Of a stretch of DNA of 64,000 bases, positions 1 through 9,237 are shown one piece after another (position 1 is the first letter of the stretch; each line of letters begins with the position of its first letter). Both the position numbers and the translations under genes were made by a program. Under the pieces are notes generated by a model. That model saw only the letters and a list, made by a program, of their open reading frames with translations. It ran no database searches and was not told the DNA's origin. The stretch covers positions 832,001-896,000 of the forward strand of contig OZ242311.1 of the NCBI GenBank assembly GCA_965207885.1. Direction: 5' to 3'. Source of the stretch: Candidatus Latescibacterota bacterium. Its GTDB lineage: Bacteria; Latescibacterota; UBA2968.

Positions 1-160
1 CCTTTGATATGCTGTATTGCGGTCTTATTCACAGCTTGAATTTCAAGATTGCCTGTTGAAGCGGGGATAGAGGAGAACGGGCGTTAGTGTAAAATTTGAG
101 CGATGAATGAGCGGTATGGTGAAAGAATTGATCGCTTTCGAAACTTTTGATAAAAAAATA

Positions 161-207
161 AAAGGCCGTAAGTGTTGCTCAGTTGGAGCAAAAACTCTTA
201 CGGTCTT
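161..207. repeat. Hairpin repeat, copy 1 (second copy at 6305-6348)
   Basis: AGGCCGTAAGTGTTGCTC...GAGCAAAAACTCTTACGGTCT imperfect inverted repeat; near-identical to AGGCCGTAAGTATTGCTC...AGCAAAAACTTACGGCCT near 6307. Confidence 0.75.
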
Positions 208-662
208 TGAAGATAGAATCAAAGTTCAGCGAAAAAATAGGTTGCCCGACTGATGCACTCACTGAACTTTTTACCGTATGGGACCACTTCCCCATACATC
301 ACACCCGCAGGAACAACAAGCCCATTATCGCAATCGGCCATAAGACCCACAAACAATTGGTTACTCAAAGATTGCAACATCCCAATTATCTCAAAAGGGC
401 CCTGTATTATCACGAGCTTCTTGAAAAGGGGCACGTTCAATCTCAGAGATTACTTGCCAAACAGGTGGGAATCTCTCAGACCAAAGTCCACCTGATTCTA
501 CAGTTGCTCAAACTGGATAAGGAAATTAAAGACTTTATCCTGGGATTGGATGACTCAGACCCAAGGCTGGATTTTCTGGCGGTCTATCGGTTACAGCCAT
601 TACTCCAGGTAAAAAGCAAGGAGAGACAAAGAAGGAAATTTTGGAAAATGATCGGAGAGTAA
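183..662 (+). CDS. Small HTH protein (ParB-like HTH) of the type found beside serine-recombinase integrative elements; start uncertain
   Basis: ELLEKGHVQSQRLLAKQVGISQTKVHLILQLLKL HTH; ORF reads through the att-like site. Confidence 0.55.
   Translation: MEQKLLRSLKIESKFSEKIGCPTDALTELFTVWDHFPIHHTRRNNKPIIAIGHKTHKQLVTQRLQHPNYLKRALYYHELLEKGHVQSQRLLAKQVGISQTKVHLILQLLKLDKEIKDFILGLDDSDPRLDFLAVYRLQPLLQVKSKERQRRKFWKMIGE
221..270. mobile_element. Putative attachment (attP-like) site of a large serine recombinase element
   Basis: 50-bp site with inverted arms AAAGTTCAGCGA (221-232) / TCACTGAACTTT (259-270), centred on CC of TTGCCCGACTG; core repeated at 6361 and resembling the tRNA-like 3' end at 14990. 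Confidence 0.55.
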
Positions 663-760
663 TTTGTATTTGGATATTTGGAAATTATTATTATTATTTA
701 ATTTGCAAATTGAGATACACTATAAACCCGTTTTTTTGTCTATATCATAAGATTTTTTTT

Positions 761-3700
761 ATGCTCAAATCACTTGACCACAAAGGCATCTGGCGAACGT
801 ATTCTATGACCGATGGCCTGACCGGGATGCGCATTGAACACATCGCCGAAGACAGCGAAGGGTATCTCTGGTTCGCCACAGGGGATAACGGTGTTAGTCG
901 CTTCGATGGAGACGAGTTTCGAAATTTTACGCAACAGGACGGTCTTATTAATGATAGTATTTATTTTATTCAAAAGGACAGTCAGAATCGGTTGTGGTTT
1001 GGTACACGAAATGGGGTCTGCTGGTACGATGGAACAAATTTCCACCATTTGGAGGACGACGGGATTGCAGGCCGAGCAGTGCAGTTCATCTATGAAGACA
1101 GCGAAGAACGTATATGGTGTGGTGGTTCCCGTACTCTGGGATATTACGACGGTACTGTGTTTCACGACCTGATGCCGCTTTATCTACAGCACTACAAGCC
1201 GCTACCTTTTCGTAAACAGTGTCGGGGCATTGCTCAGGACTCGGAGGGTCACCTGTGGTTTGGCTTTAATTACCTCATCCGTTTCGATGGCACATCCTTT
1301 TACCGCTACGACGAGAAAGAGGGGTTTCCCGAACAGTGGATAAGCTATGCAGTGGGACGGAATGATACCAGTAAGGTGTGGTTTGGTCATCACAAAAGCG
1401 AAAACGGACTCTGGTGCTATGCCGATGGCTCCTTCCAGCCTGTTCAAGTCGATTTGGATAGTGACCTGCGCAAAATTCAGTGCGATCGGGAAGGGCGGAT
1501 GTGGTGTAGCACTTCAGAAGGCGTGCTCTATCAAGACGGTGATGGGTTCAGCAGGTTTACCCCTGCCGATGGTCTGCCACATCCCGCAGTCAAAGCCGTA
1601 TTCCAGGATCGCGAGCATCAGTATTGGTTTGCCACCTGGGGTGGCGTCGGTCTTTACGATGCGCATAGTATCAGCATTTTCGACTTCAGTGCAAGAGCCT
1701 CTGAAAGCGTGAGTGAGGTCTCGCAGATCGTGCAAGACAGTCGCGGTGATATATGGGTGGGGTCTGTATCTCCTGTTTTTAAATATCAAAGCAAAAGCGT
1801 TTTTCGCTTTGATGGGGAGGCCATTGACCTGATAGGCCCTGAGGATGATCTTGATATTAATAACTGTTTTGCCATCTACGAAGACCACGACGGGTATCTG
1901 TGGTTTGGGGGCATCAATGGCTTATTCCGCTACGATGGGCAGAAGATAAAAAAAATAAAAACAACCGCAGGTTCAAGCAGTGTTTGTGCAATTGCCCAGG
2001 ATCGGGAAGGGCAATTTCTTTTTGGTCATTGGGAAAAGAAAAAAGACAAAAGACAAAAAGACCTTTTTACCAGTCCATTGAGGCTCACTTATCAGCGAGG
2101 TGAAGAGTTTCAAACCATTTTTGTAAAAGATAAAAGTCAGGATCCTCGCAGCTACATCGGTACTGTGATTGCCGGGCGCAATGGCGAGGTTTATTTTTAT
2201 CTTGCTCATCAACATTACCCCGACAACAATAGGGGCTTCGCACGCTGGCAACTCGAAGATGACCTCAAATTTTACGGGGTTGAAGACGGGCTGATCGACG
2301 ACAGGGTCAGTGACTTGCTATTAGACCGCCATGGCAACCTGTGGGTGGCTACCCAGGGCGGTCTCGCCTGTTTTAATGGTAGCACCTTCCAGACCTTCAC
2401 GACTGAAGACGGTTTGCCGAGCAACCGCATCCATTGCTTGCTTGAGGACTCTCAAGGTCACCTCTGGCTTGGCACAGACGGCGGCGTAGTCCACTACGAT
2501 GGCCAGCTTTTCCAGACCATCAAATCACCGCACATAGGACCGGTACTCAAAATACTCGAAGACCGCGATGGCGCCTTCTATTTCGGTACAGCCCAAAACA
2601 CCCTGGTGCGCTATCGCCAGCGACAGACCTCCCCCAGAGTTCGTCTGCTTCAAGTTGTCGCCGATAAGGTCTATGAAAACCCTCAGAACATCATCGTATC
2701 TACCACAGATCAGCAGATGACTTTCGAGTACAAGGGCCTGAGTTTTTCCACACATCCCCGCGATATGCTCTACATCTATCGCTTGAATAACTATGATCTC
2801 GACTGGCAACCCCCCACTCGCAAGATGCGAGTCTATTACCGGGGCTTGCCACCGGGAGACTACACCTTTCAGGTCAGGGCGATAGATCGCGACCTCAATT
2901 ACTCAGAGATCGCACAGACGCAACTCTCCGTAGAGAGGGACCCGCGCATCAGTGCATTGACCTCCATAATCAACAGCACGGATGGCGTTGGCAACGAGTT
3001 TATCGGTCAGAGTGCGGCACTGCACGCGTTTCAAATCCAGCTTACAAAGGTGGCAGCTACTGATCTGTCGGTACTGTTTAAGGGTGAGACGGGTGTGGGT
3101 AAGGGATTGGCAGCGCGGGTATTACACGCGCTGAGTTCCAAGTGCGATGGTCCTTTTATGCAGGTCAACTGCGGTGCACTGCCAGCAACGTTGATCGATA
3201 GTGAACTCTTTGGTCACGAAAAAGGGGCGTTTACCAGCGCAGTGTCTCGCAAGCTGGGCAAGGTAGAACTAGCCAAGGGCGGCACGCTCTTTTTGGACGA
3301 GATCGGCGACATGACTCTGGAAACGCAAGCCAGGATGTTGCGCTTGCTGGAAGAGGGCACTTATGAGCGCGTTGGGGGTAGCGAGACACTATCGATACAG
3401 GCACGGATTGTGGCAGCGACCAACCGCAATCTTGAAGAGATGGTCAGCGCAGGTACTTTCCGCGAGGATCTCTATTACCGCATCAATGCCTTTCCAATGT
3501 CTTTGCCGCCCCTGCGTGAGCGCAAGGAGGATATCCTGGACCTTGCCGAGCTTTTCAAGACGCGCATGGCGACACATCTGGACAAGCCAATCGAGCCTTT
3601 GGCGGTAGAAGTGATAGAAGTGCTGCAAGCCTACGATTGGCCAGGGAATGTGCGAGAACTGGAGCATACGATACAGCGTGCAGTGACCGTATGTGATGGT

Positions 3701-3955
3701 TCGCAAATCGAAGTCGGGGATCTGGGGCTGTATGGTTCTCAAATCAAAGGCTCAGTTCCTGGGGGTAAGAAAACCATCTTCGATCAAGACGGAGAAGTCG
3801 TGCCTTTGGATGAATATGACCGTCGCTACATTCTCGAAGTGCTCAAAATCACCAACTGGAAGGTAAAGGGGACCAGGGGTGCGGCGACACTTTTGGGATT
3901 ACCGCCTTCTACCCTGTTTAACAAAATAAAAAGACTGGGGATCAAACGCCCCTAA
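761..3955 (+). CDS. Sigma54-dependent activator (bEBP) with N-terminal two-component-regulator beta-propellers and Y_Y_Y domain
   Basis: Repeated DxxGxLWFGT propeller motifs; YRGLPPGDYTFQVRA (YYY); Walker A GETGVGK, GAFTSA loop, LFLDEIG, WPGNVREL, C-terminal Fis HTH. Confidence 0.9.
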   Translation: MLKSLDHKGIWRTYSMTDGLTGMRIEHIAEDSEGYLWFATGDNGVSRFDGDEFRNFTQQDGLINDSIYFIQKDSQNRLWFGTRNGVCWYDGTNFHHLEDDGIAGRAVQFIYEDSEERIWCGGSRTLGYYDGTVFHDLMPLYLQHYKPLPFRKQCRGIAQDSEGHLWFGFNYLIRFDGTSFYRYDEKEGFPEQWISYAVGRNDTSKVWFGHHKSENGLWCYADGSFQPVQVDLDSDLRKIQCDREGRMWCSTSEGVLYQDGDGFSRFTPADGLPHPAVKAVFQDREHQYWFATWGGVGLYDAHSISIFDFSARASESVSEVSQIVQDSRGDIWVGSVSPVFKYQSKSVFRFDGEAIDLIGPEDDLDINNCFAIYEDHDGYLWFGGINGLFRYDGQKIKKIKTTAGSSSVCAIAQDREGQFLFGHWEKKKDKRQKDLFTSPLRLTYQRGEEFQTIFVKDKSQDPRSYIGTVIAGRNGEVYFYLAHQHYPDNNRGFARWQLEDDLKFYGVEDGLIDDRVSDLLLDRHGNLWVATQGGLACFNGSTFQTFTTEDGLPSNRIHCLLEDSQGHLWLGTDGGVVHYDGQLFQTIKSPHIGPVLKILEDRDGAFYFGTAQNTLVRYRQRQTSPRVRLLQVVADKVYENPQNIIVSTTDQQMTFEYKGLSFSTHPRDMLYIYRLNNYDLDWQPPTRKMRVYYRGLPPGDYTFQVRAIDRDLNYSEIAQTQLSVERDPRISALTSIINSTDGVGNEFIGQSAALHAFQIQLTKVAATDLSVLFKGETGVGKGLAARVLHALSSKCDGPFMQVNCGALPATLIDSELFGHEKGAFTSAVSRKLGKVELAKGGTLFLDEIGDMTLETQARMLRLLEEGTYERVGGSETLSIQARIVAATNRNLEEMVSAGTFREDLYYRINAFPMSLPPLRERKEDILDLAELFKTRMATHLDKPIEPLAVEVIEVLQAYDWPGNVRELEHTIQRAVTVCDGSQIEVGDLGLYGSQIKGSVPGGKKTIFDQDGEVVPLDEYDRRYILEVLKITNWKVKGTRGAATLLGLPPSTLFNKIKRLGIKRP

Positions 3956-3974
3956 ACTGTATCCAACCGTTCCC

Positions 3975-4022
3975 AACAAAGGACCATATAAGGCCCAAAA
4001 AGCCCTTATATGGTCCTTTGTT
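3975..4022. terminator. Long hairpin after bEBP gene (terminator and/or paired activator boxes)
   Basis: AACAAAGGACCATATAAGG...CCTTATATGGTCCTTTGTT followed by T-run. Confidence 0.7.
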
Positions 4023-4072
4023 TTATAAATACCTGTAAATAAAGAAAGTTAAGATCTAAATCTGATTGTTTT

Positions 4073-4090
4073 GGGGCCATTTATGGCCCC
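4073..4090. promoter_or_regulatory. Palindromic putative upstream activating sequence
   Basis: GGGGCCATTTATGGCCCC ~100 bp upstream of the sigma54 promoter; similar to GGACCATATAAGGCCC at 3981. Confidence 0.55.
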
Positions 4091-4190
4091 TTTTAATGAG
4101 ATAAAAATCAGGCTAATTTCTGTTTTCCATCCACTTCTATCTTAATAAAAAGTAATACTTTAATAACAATATTAGTCAGGCAAAGTCACA

Positions 4191-4207
4191 TTGGCACGGA
4201 TATTGCA
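4191..4207 (+). promoter_or_regulatory. Sigma54 (-24/-12) promoter
   Basis: TTGGCACGGATATTGCA matches TGGCAC-N5-TTGC; preceded by AT-rich tract; adjacent to bEBP gene. Confidence 0.85.
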
Positions 4208-4262
4208 TTTACTATCTAATCATGGAACTGATTGAGCGTATTCTCGAATAAGAGTCTCTAAC

Positions 4263-5011
4263 ATGCCGGGTTTTATACTGGAGTTATCCCGTTTTCAATT
4301 AGCTAAGTCTCGCCCCCTCGCGCTTCTGAGCAAAATTTGCAGTATGACAGTAATAGCACTCGTCGCAGGTATCCTGTGGGGCTGTGGTGGTGAGCGTGGA
4401 ACGGAATCTAAAGCAGTGAAACCTCCACCAGACCCGCAGACCAAAACGCCCTGGCAATTGGTCAATGTGACCACGAGTGATGGTGCGGTGCGCAATCGTA
4501 CGCTTTCCTATGAGCGCGATGCGATTCGTCCCAATGTGTTGGGCAAGTTCCGCGTGATTTTGGGTGCGACGGCGAAGCATCCGGCGATGTTGTATTATCT
4601 GGACAATGCACAGTCGCGTAGCCAAATATCGTCTTTATCATCATATCGGACATGGGATGGCGCGATGTTGGCTTTCTGGGTTGTAAGACGCATGAAACGC
4701 CGAATATTGATCGCCTTGCTCACGGTGGCATGATTTTTCCGCAGACGTATTCTTGTGGGCCTAATTGCGCACCTTCCCGTGCCAGTATTATGTCGGGCAT
4801 GTACACACCTCGTCATGAGATCTATACACCTGGTGGAGCATCTAAAGGCGACGTTCGTCTGATGAAATTGATAACGCCTGCTCGCGATGCCGATTTAGAA
4901 CGCTTTCCTTCTAAATATCCAATAGCCCTCAAGCCCGATGTCACTTGCATACCGCAAGTGCTCAAATCTACGGGATACACTTGTGGTTCTATCGGCAATT
5001 TGCATCTATAA
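4263..5011 (+). pseudogene. Chimeric relic: lipoprotein N-terminus + DUF1800 fragment + sulfatase N-terminal fragment
   Basis: Lipobox ILWGC; 4462-4620 matches 6990-7148; 4621-4998 matches 10088-10465. Confidence 0.85.
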
Positions 5012-5197
5012 ATAAATCGCATTCCGAGTCATTGTCAGGTCGATGAGTTGCAACGAGGAAGGAGGAGGGAAGAAAATTTAAAACTTATCGTACTTACTTT
5101 ACTGTCTCCTGGGAGGGACAAAAAATACGACTTTAAGAGGAGAAACAGGATGAAACAGACACTACACAAACATTTGGGAATTAAAGGAGATTGGAAA

Positions 5198-6214
5198 ATG
5201 GTTTTGAAAAACGGATGGGTGTTGATGGCCGCCGCCCTTGCGGTGATGCTCTATGTGGGACAAGCCTCTGCCAATACCGCTTCTGCGGACTTTGACAGGA
5301 ATGGTGTCGTAGAAATTGCCGACTTTTTGGAATTTTTGGAGGTGTTCGGGTCGCGTCAAGGCGATGAGAAGTATGAAGCGCGATATGATCTGGATAGGAA
5401 TGGAGAGATTGGCGTATCAGATTTTTTAATCTTTCTCGATTTCTTTGGTCAAGAAGTGGCTCCACCGTCACAGCGCGATGTATTGGTGGCTCTGTATAAT
5501 GCGACAGATGGAGGCAATTGGACAAATAACACCAATTGGCTCACCGACAACGACATTTCCTCATGGTATGGCGTCGGTGTTTCTGACGGTTCAGTGACAG
5601 CATTGAACCTATGGGAAAATAATCTGAGAGGAACGATTCCTCCCGAATTATGCCACCTGTCCAACCTTACATACCTGGATCTTGGTGCCAATCCGTTGAG
5701 TGGTGAAATTCCACCAGAATTGGGCAACCTGTCCAACCTCACGGAACTGCATCTTCCCCTTATTCATACGTTAAGTGGTGAGATCCCACCAGAATTGGGC
5801 AACCTGACTAATCTCACTCAACTGAGTCTTCACGATAATCAGTTGACTGGAGAGATCCCACCAGAATTAGGCAACCTGACCAATCTCACTTATCTGGGGC
5901 TTAATAACAATCAGTTGACTGGAGAGATCCCAATAGAATTGGGCAATCTGACCAATCTCACTTATCTGGGGCTTCAGGATACTGAGTTGAGTGGTCCAGT
6001 TCCCTCAGAATTGAGCAACTTGACCAATCTCACGCAACTGTGGCTTGGCAGTAACAAATTGAGTGGTGCGCTGCCTCAGAGCCTGACAATGCTGACGAAG
6101 CTGGAGAACTTTCACTTTTGGGGTGAGGGTGGCCTATGTGCGCCGCTTGATGCGATCTTTCAAGCCTGGCTGCAGGGCATTGAAGATCACCACGGCCCAA
6201 CTTGTTCGCAATAG
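5198..6214 (+). CDS. Secreted dockerin-like/EF-hand + plant-type 24-aa LRR protein (alternative start 5150)
   Basis: RBS AAGGAG, signal peptide ending ASA, DFDRNGVVEIADFL...DLDRNGEIGVSDFL pair, LTGEIPPELGNLTNLTxLxL repeats. Confidence 0.85.
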   Translation: MVLKNGWVLMAAALAVMLYVGQASANTASADFDRNGVVEIADFLEFLEVFGSRQGDEKYEARYDLDRNGEIGVSDFLIFLDFFGQEVAPPSQRDVLVALYNATDGGNWTNNTNWLTDNDISSWYGVGVSDGSVTALNLWENNLRGTIPPELCHLSNLTYLDLGANPLSGEIPPELGNLSNLTELHLPLIHTLSGEIPPELGNLTNLTQLSLHDNQLTGEIPPELGNLTNLTYLGLNNNQLTGEIPIELGNLTNLTYLGLQDTELSGPVPSELSNLTNLTQLWLGSNKLSGALPQSLTMLTKLENFHFWGEGGLCAPLDAIFQAWLQGIEDHHGPTCSQ

Positions 6215-6302
6215 GACGCGCTCGGACAGGACGATAAATAGCACAACCTGCGTAAACGCTATGAGCGGAGGTGAATTTTACACTCAGGAACTTGAAGTAA
6301 AA

Positions 6303-6383
6303 CAAAAGGCCGTAAGTATTGCTCATCTACAGCAAAAACTTACGGCCTGAAAAAATGAAATTGCCCGACTGATGCACTCACTG
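6303..6383. repeat. Decayed second copy of hairpin + att core
   Basis: Hairpin 6305-6348 and TTGCCCGACTGATGCACTCACTG (6361-6383) identical to 242-264. Confidence 0.75.
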
Positions 6384-6451
6384 GGTCAAGTCCACATAGA
6401 ACCATATTCAAAGAGGCCATTCCCTTTGGGAATTTTTCAAGGAGGTTTGCT

Positions 6452-8248
6452 ATGATATTGCGCTTTGCACTCGCTGTTTTGTGCTGTGGTGCGGTGCTTG
6501 CAGTAGCTCCGGCGAATGCCGATTTGCAACTGCCCTACAAGGCAGAGGGGCTGAGTAAGGAACAGGCGGCAGCGTATCTCTTAGAGCGTTTTGCCTTTGG
6601 CGCGCGCCCAGGTGAAGTGGAAAAAGTGGCGCAGATGGGTCTCGAGAAGTGGCTGGCTCAGCAGTTGGCAGGCAATTTGCCCGATGCCGAGTTGGACAAG
6701 CGATTGGAAGCGTTTCCAGCGTTGAAACTGACGCCAGCTGAAATGCAGGCAATCTATGTGCGAAATGGTCTGGTTCAAAGTATGATGGAGAAAGAGGGAT
6801 TGATCGATCCCGCCGCAAAGACGCCTCGCAAAGAGATGAATGAAAAGATAAGCGCGTACCGCAAGGAGCACGGGTTGCGGTCCTATGGCACGCTTGCCAG
6901 TCGAGAGCTTCGGGGGCAGAAAGTGATGCGTGCGGTGTATAGCGAGAATCAGCTCGTCGAGGTGATGACGGATTTCTGGTTCAATCACTTCAATGTGACC
7001 ACGAGTGATGGTGCGGTGCGCAATCGCACGCTTTCTTATGAGCGCGATGCGATTCGCCCCAATGTGCTGGGCAAGTTCCGCGTGATTCTGGGTGCGACGG
7101 CGAAGCATCCGGCGATGTTGTATTATCTGGACAATGCACAGTCACGTATGGCGTCGCCATCGAAACGGGAGCAGGCAAAGCCCAAACAGGGGGTGGCATC
7201 GAGCGAGATCGGTATGGATGGCGATATGGACGGTGGTATGATGAGCAGCGAGATGATGGGTGGTGAGATGGCAAAGGCTGTTGCGGAGCCAAAGACACCT
7301 CCAAAACGCAAGTATGGTTTGAATGAGAATTATGCGCGCGAGTTGATGGAGTTACACACCCTGGGCGTGGATGGTGGGTACACGCAGCAGGATGTTACCG
7401 AGGTTGCACGCGTGTTGACCGGATGGGCTGCGATGCCTTATAACAATTCGAAAAATGTGCGAAAAAATCTCGAGAAGCAAATCGCAACTGGAAAGAAAAA
7501 AGTCATTCGTCAGGGCGAATTTTTATTTCACAAAGACTGGCACGACGACAAGGCCAAGGTGGTGTTGGGTGAGAAGTTCCCGGCAGGTGGTGGTATAGAA
7601 GAGGGCGAGCGCGTTCTGGATATGCTGTCCAAACATCCTTCAACTGCGCGTTTTATTTCGACCAAGTTAGCGCGTCGGTTTGTAAACGATGAACCGTCAG
7701 ATGATCTGATTGATGAGATGGCAGAAACCTTTATCAAAACCGATGGGGATATCGCTGCTGTGGTGGCTACTCTGGCGCAGTCCCGCGTGTTTTGGGTAGA
7801 GGCGAAGAAGCGCAGCAAGATGAAGTCGCCGTTTGAACTGGTGGCGAGTTCTCTTCGCGCATTGGAAGCCGATGTGAAGAATGCACAACCGCTGATGCGC
7901 TGGTTTGACCGCATGGGCGAGCCGTTGTATGGTTATTTGCAGCCTACGGGTTATCCGGATTATGCCGAGTCGTGGGCAAATTCGGGTACGCTGATTGCGC
8001 GAATAAATTTTGGTATTCATCTCGCCACTGGTCGTATTAACGGGGTGACACTGAAGCAATTGCCAAAGGATAGCGCTGGTCTGACAACAGATGAGGCATT
8101 GGCGATGTATAGCAAGTTGCTGTTGCCAGCACAGGATACCAGTGCCATTGCGTCAGAGGTTAAAAAGACGGTTCCTGCAGATGCCGAACGCAAAGACGTT
8201 CAGGTGATCAGTATGTTGATAGGGTCGCCAGAATTTCAATACCGATGA
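6452..8248 (+). CDS. DUF1800 family exported protein
   Basis: Signal peptide; DFWFNHFNV, HPAMLYYLDN, NENYARELMELHTLG, C-terminal SPEFQYR. Confidence 0.9.
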   Translation: MILRFALAVLCCGAVLAVAPANADLQLPYKAEGLSKEQAAAYLLERFAFGARPGEVEKVAQMGLEKWLAQQLAGNLPDAELDKRLEAFPALKLTPAEMQAIYVRNGLVQSMMEKEGLIDPAAKTPRKEMNEKISAYRKEHGLRSYGTLASRELRGQKVMRAVYSENQLVEVMTDFWFNHFNVTTSDGAVRNRTLSYERDAIRPNVLGKFRVILGATAKHPAMLYYLDNAQSRMASPSKREQAKPKQGVASSEIGMDGDMDGGMMSSEMMGGEMAKAVAEPKTPPKRKYGLNENYARELMELHTLGVDGGYTQQDVTEVARVLTGWAAMPYNNSKNVRKNLEKQIATGKKKVIRQGEFLFHKDWHDDKAKVVLGEKFPAGGGIEEGERVLDMLSKHPSTARFISTKLARRFVNDEPSDDLIDEMAETFIKTDGDIAAVVATLAQSRVFWVEAKKRSKMKSPFELVASSLRALEADVKNAQPLMRWFDRMGEPLYGYLQPTGYPDYAESWANSGTLIARINFGIHLATGRINGVTLKQLPKDSAGLTTDEALAMYSKLLLPAQDTSAIASEVKKTVPADAERKDVQVISMLIGSPEFQYR

Positions 8249-8390
8249 AAGGTGTTGAAGCGACATGGAAATCTTTGTAGCAGTACAATTACCCCCAGTG
8301 GTTTCGATTGGGATCTGGACACACTGGGAGCTTCAGTGTTTCATGTGAGTTTGTGTGGCGCATTCGCGTTGATAAATAAGGAGAAAAAAT

Positions 8391-9224
8391 ATGGTACCCT
8401 CACCTACTGCATGGGATGATTACCGTTTTGATCTTCAGGGATTTCTCGTTCTGAAGGATGTTGTTTCTCCAGATCTGATTGCAGAGATTAATGAGACGGT
8501 CGATCACTGGGTTGCTTTACACGAGGCCGGACACAAATGGATCGGCCATGTTCGCGGTAGTGATCCCGACCCCGTAAAGGGTCCCGATATCAAGTTTGCC
8601 AATATTCTTGAGGGTGGGCCAGCTTTTGAAGCGTTGATTGACAATCCCAACTGGATTGAGTATGTCAAGCGCTATGTCGATAATGATGGGTTGTACATCT
8701 GGTCTAACCATTTATCTGTTACTCGGAAAGGCAGCTATGTACCTGTGCATTCCGGCGGGCATAATCGAAGTTATCGCACCAGCTTTATTTATCACAATGA
8801 CAATTTTTATTCTGGCAATTTCAATGTTTTACTCGCGCTGAACGATATTGGTCCAGGGGATGGCGGTACTATGATTGTGCCCGGGTCACATAAATGTAAT
8901 CTTCAAAGTCCCCTGATTAAGGCGAAGAATGGGCAATATAAGAATGTGGTTGAGCAGACAGAAATGACGCCCTTATTTAAAGAAATGCATCTCGATGCAG
9001 GCGACGCTGTTATTTTTACCGATGCCTGTACTCACGGTGCCAGTGTGCGCACCAATGATGGCGAGCGCAGGATACTGATCTATCGGTATTCTTCATTCTG
9101 GACGAAAAATGCTTCAGGTTTTGAACCGTCAGAAGAACTGCTCGCCAGGCTTACACCCGAGCGCAGAAAAATTGTCCGTCCTATTGTGTCGATAAGACCT
9201 CCTGCTCAATCTGTGATGGCATGA
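8391..9224 (+). CDS. Phytanoyl-CoA dioxygenase (PhyH)-like Fe(II)/2OG enzyme, HSG motif
   Basis: FDLQGFLVL, GGTMIVPGSHK, AGDAVIF..THG, ERR; RBS AAGGAG. Confidence 0.85.
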   Translation: MVPSPTAWDDYRFDLQGFLVLKDVVSPDLIAEINETVDHWVALHEAGHKWIGHVRGSDPDPVKGPDIKFANILEGGPAFEALIDNPNWIEYVKRYVDNDGLYIWSNHLSVTRKGSYVPVHSGGHNRSYRTSFIYHNDNFYSGNFNVLLALNDIGPGDGGTMIVPGSHKCNLQSPLIKAKNGQYKNVVEQTEMTPLFKEMHLDAGDAVIFTDACTHGASVRTNDGERRILIYRYSSFWTKNASGFEPSEELLARLTPERRKIVRPIVSIRPPAQSVMA

Positions 9225-9237
9225 TTTTTTAGGGGAT

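Noticed and set aside
1-160. Tail of a recombinase gene upstream of the att-like site
   Set aside because: No recognisable coding motif in the available sequence; cannot be supported.
641-760. N-terminal extension of the bEBP as a TM/signal segment
   Set aside because: AT-rich intergenic-looking DNA overlapping the upstream ORF; ATG 761 fits the propeller start better.
4462-4998. DGR template/variable repeat pair
   Set aside because: Differences are mostly synonymous and not adenine-specific; no reverse transcriptase in the window.
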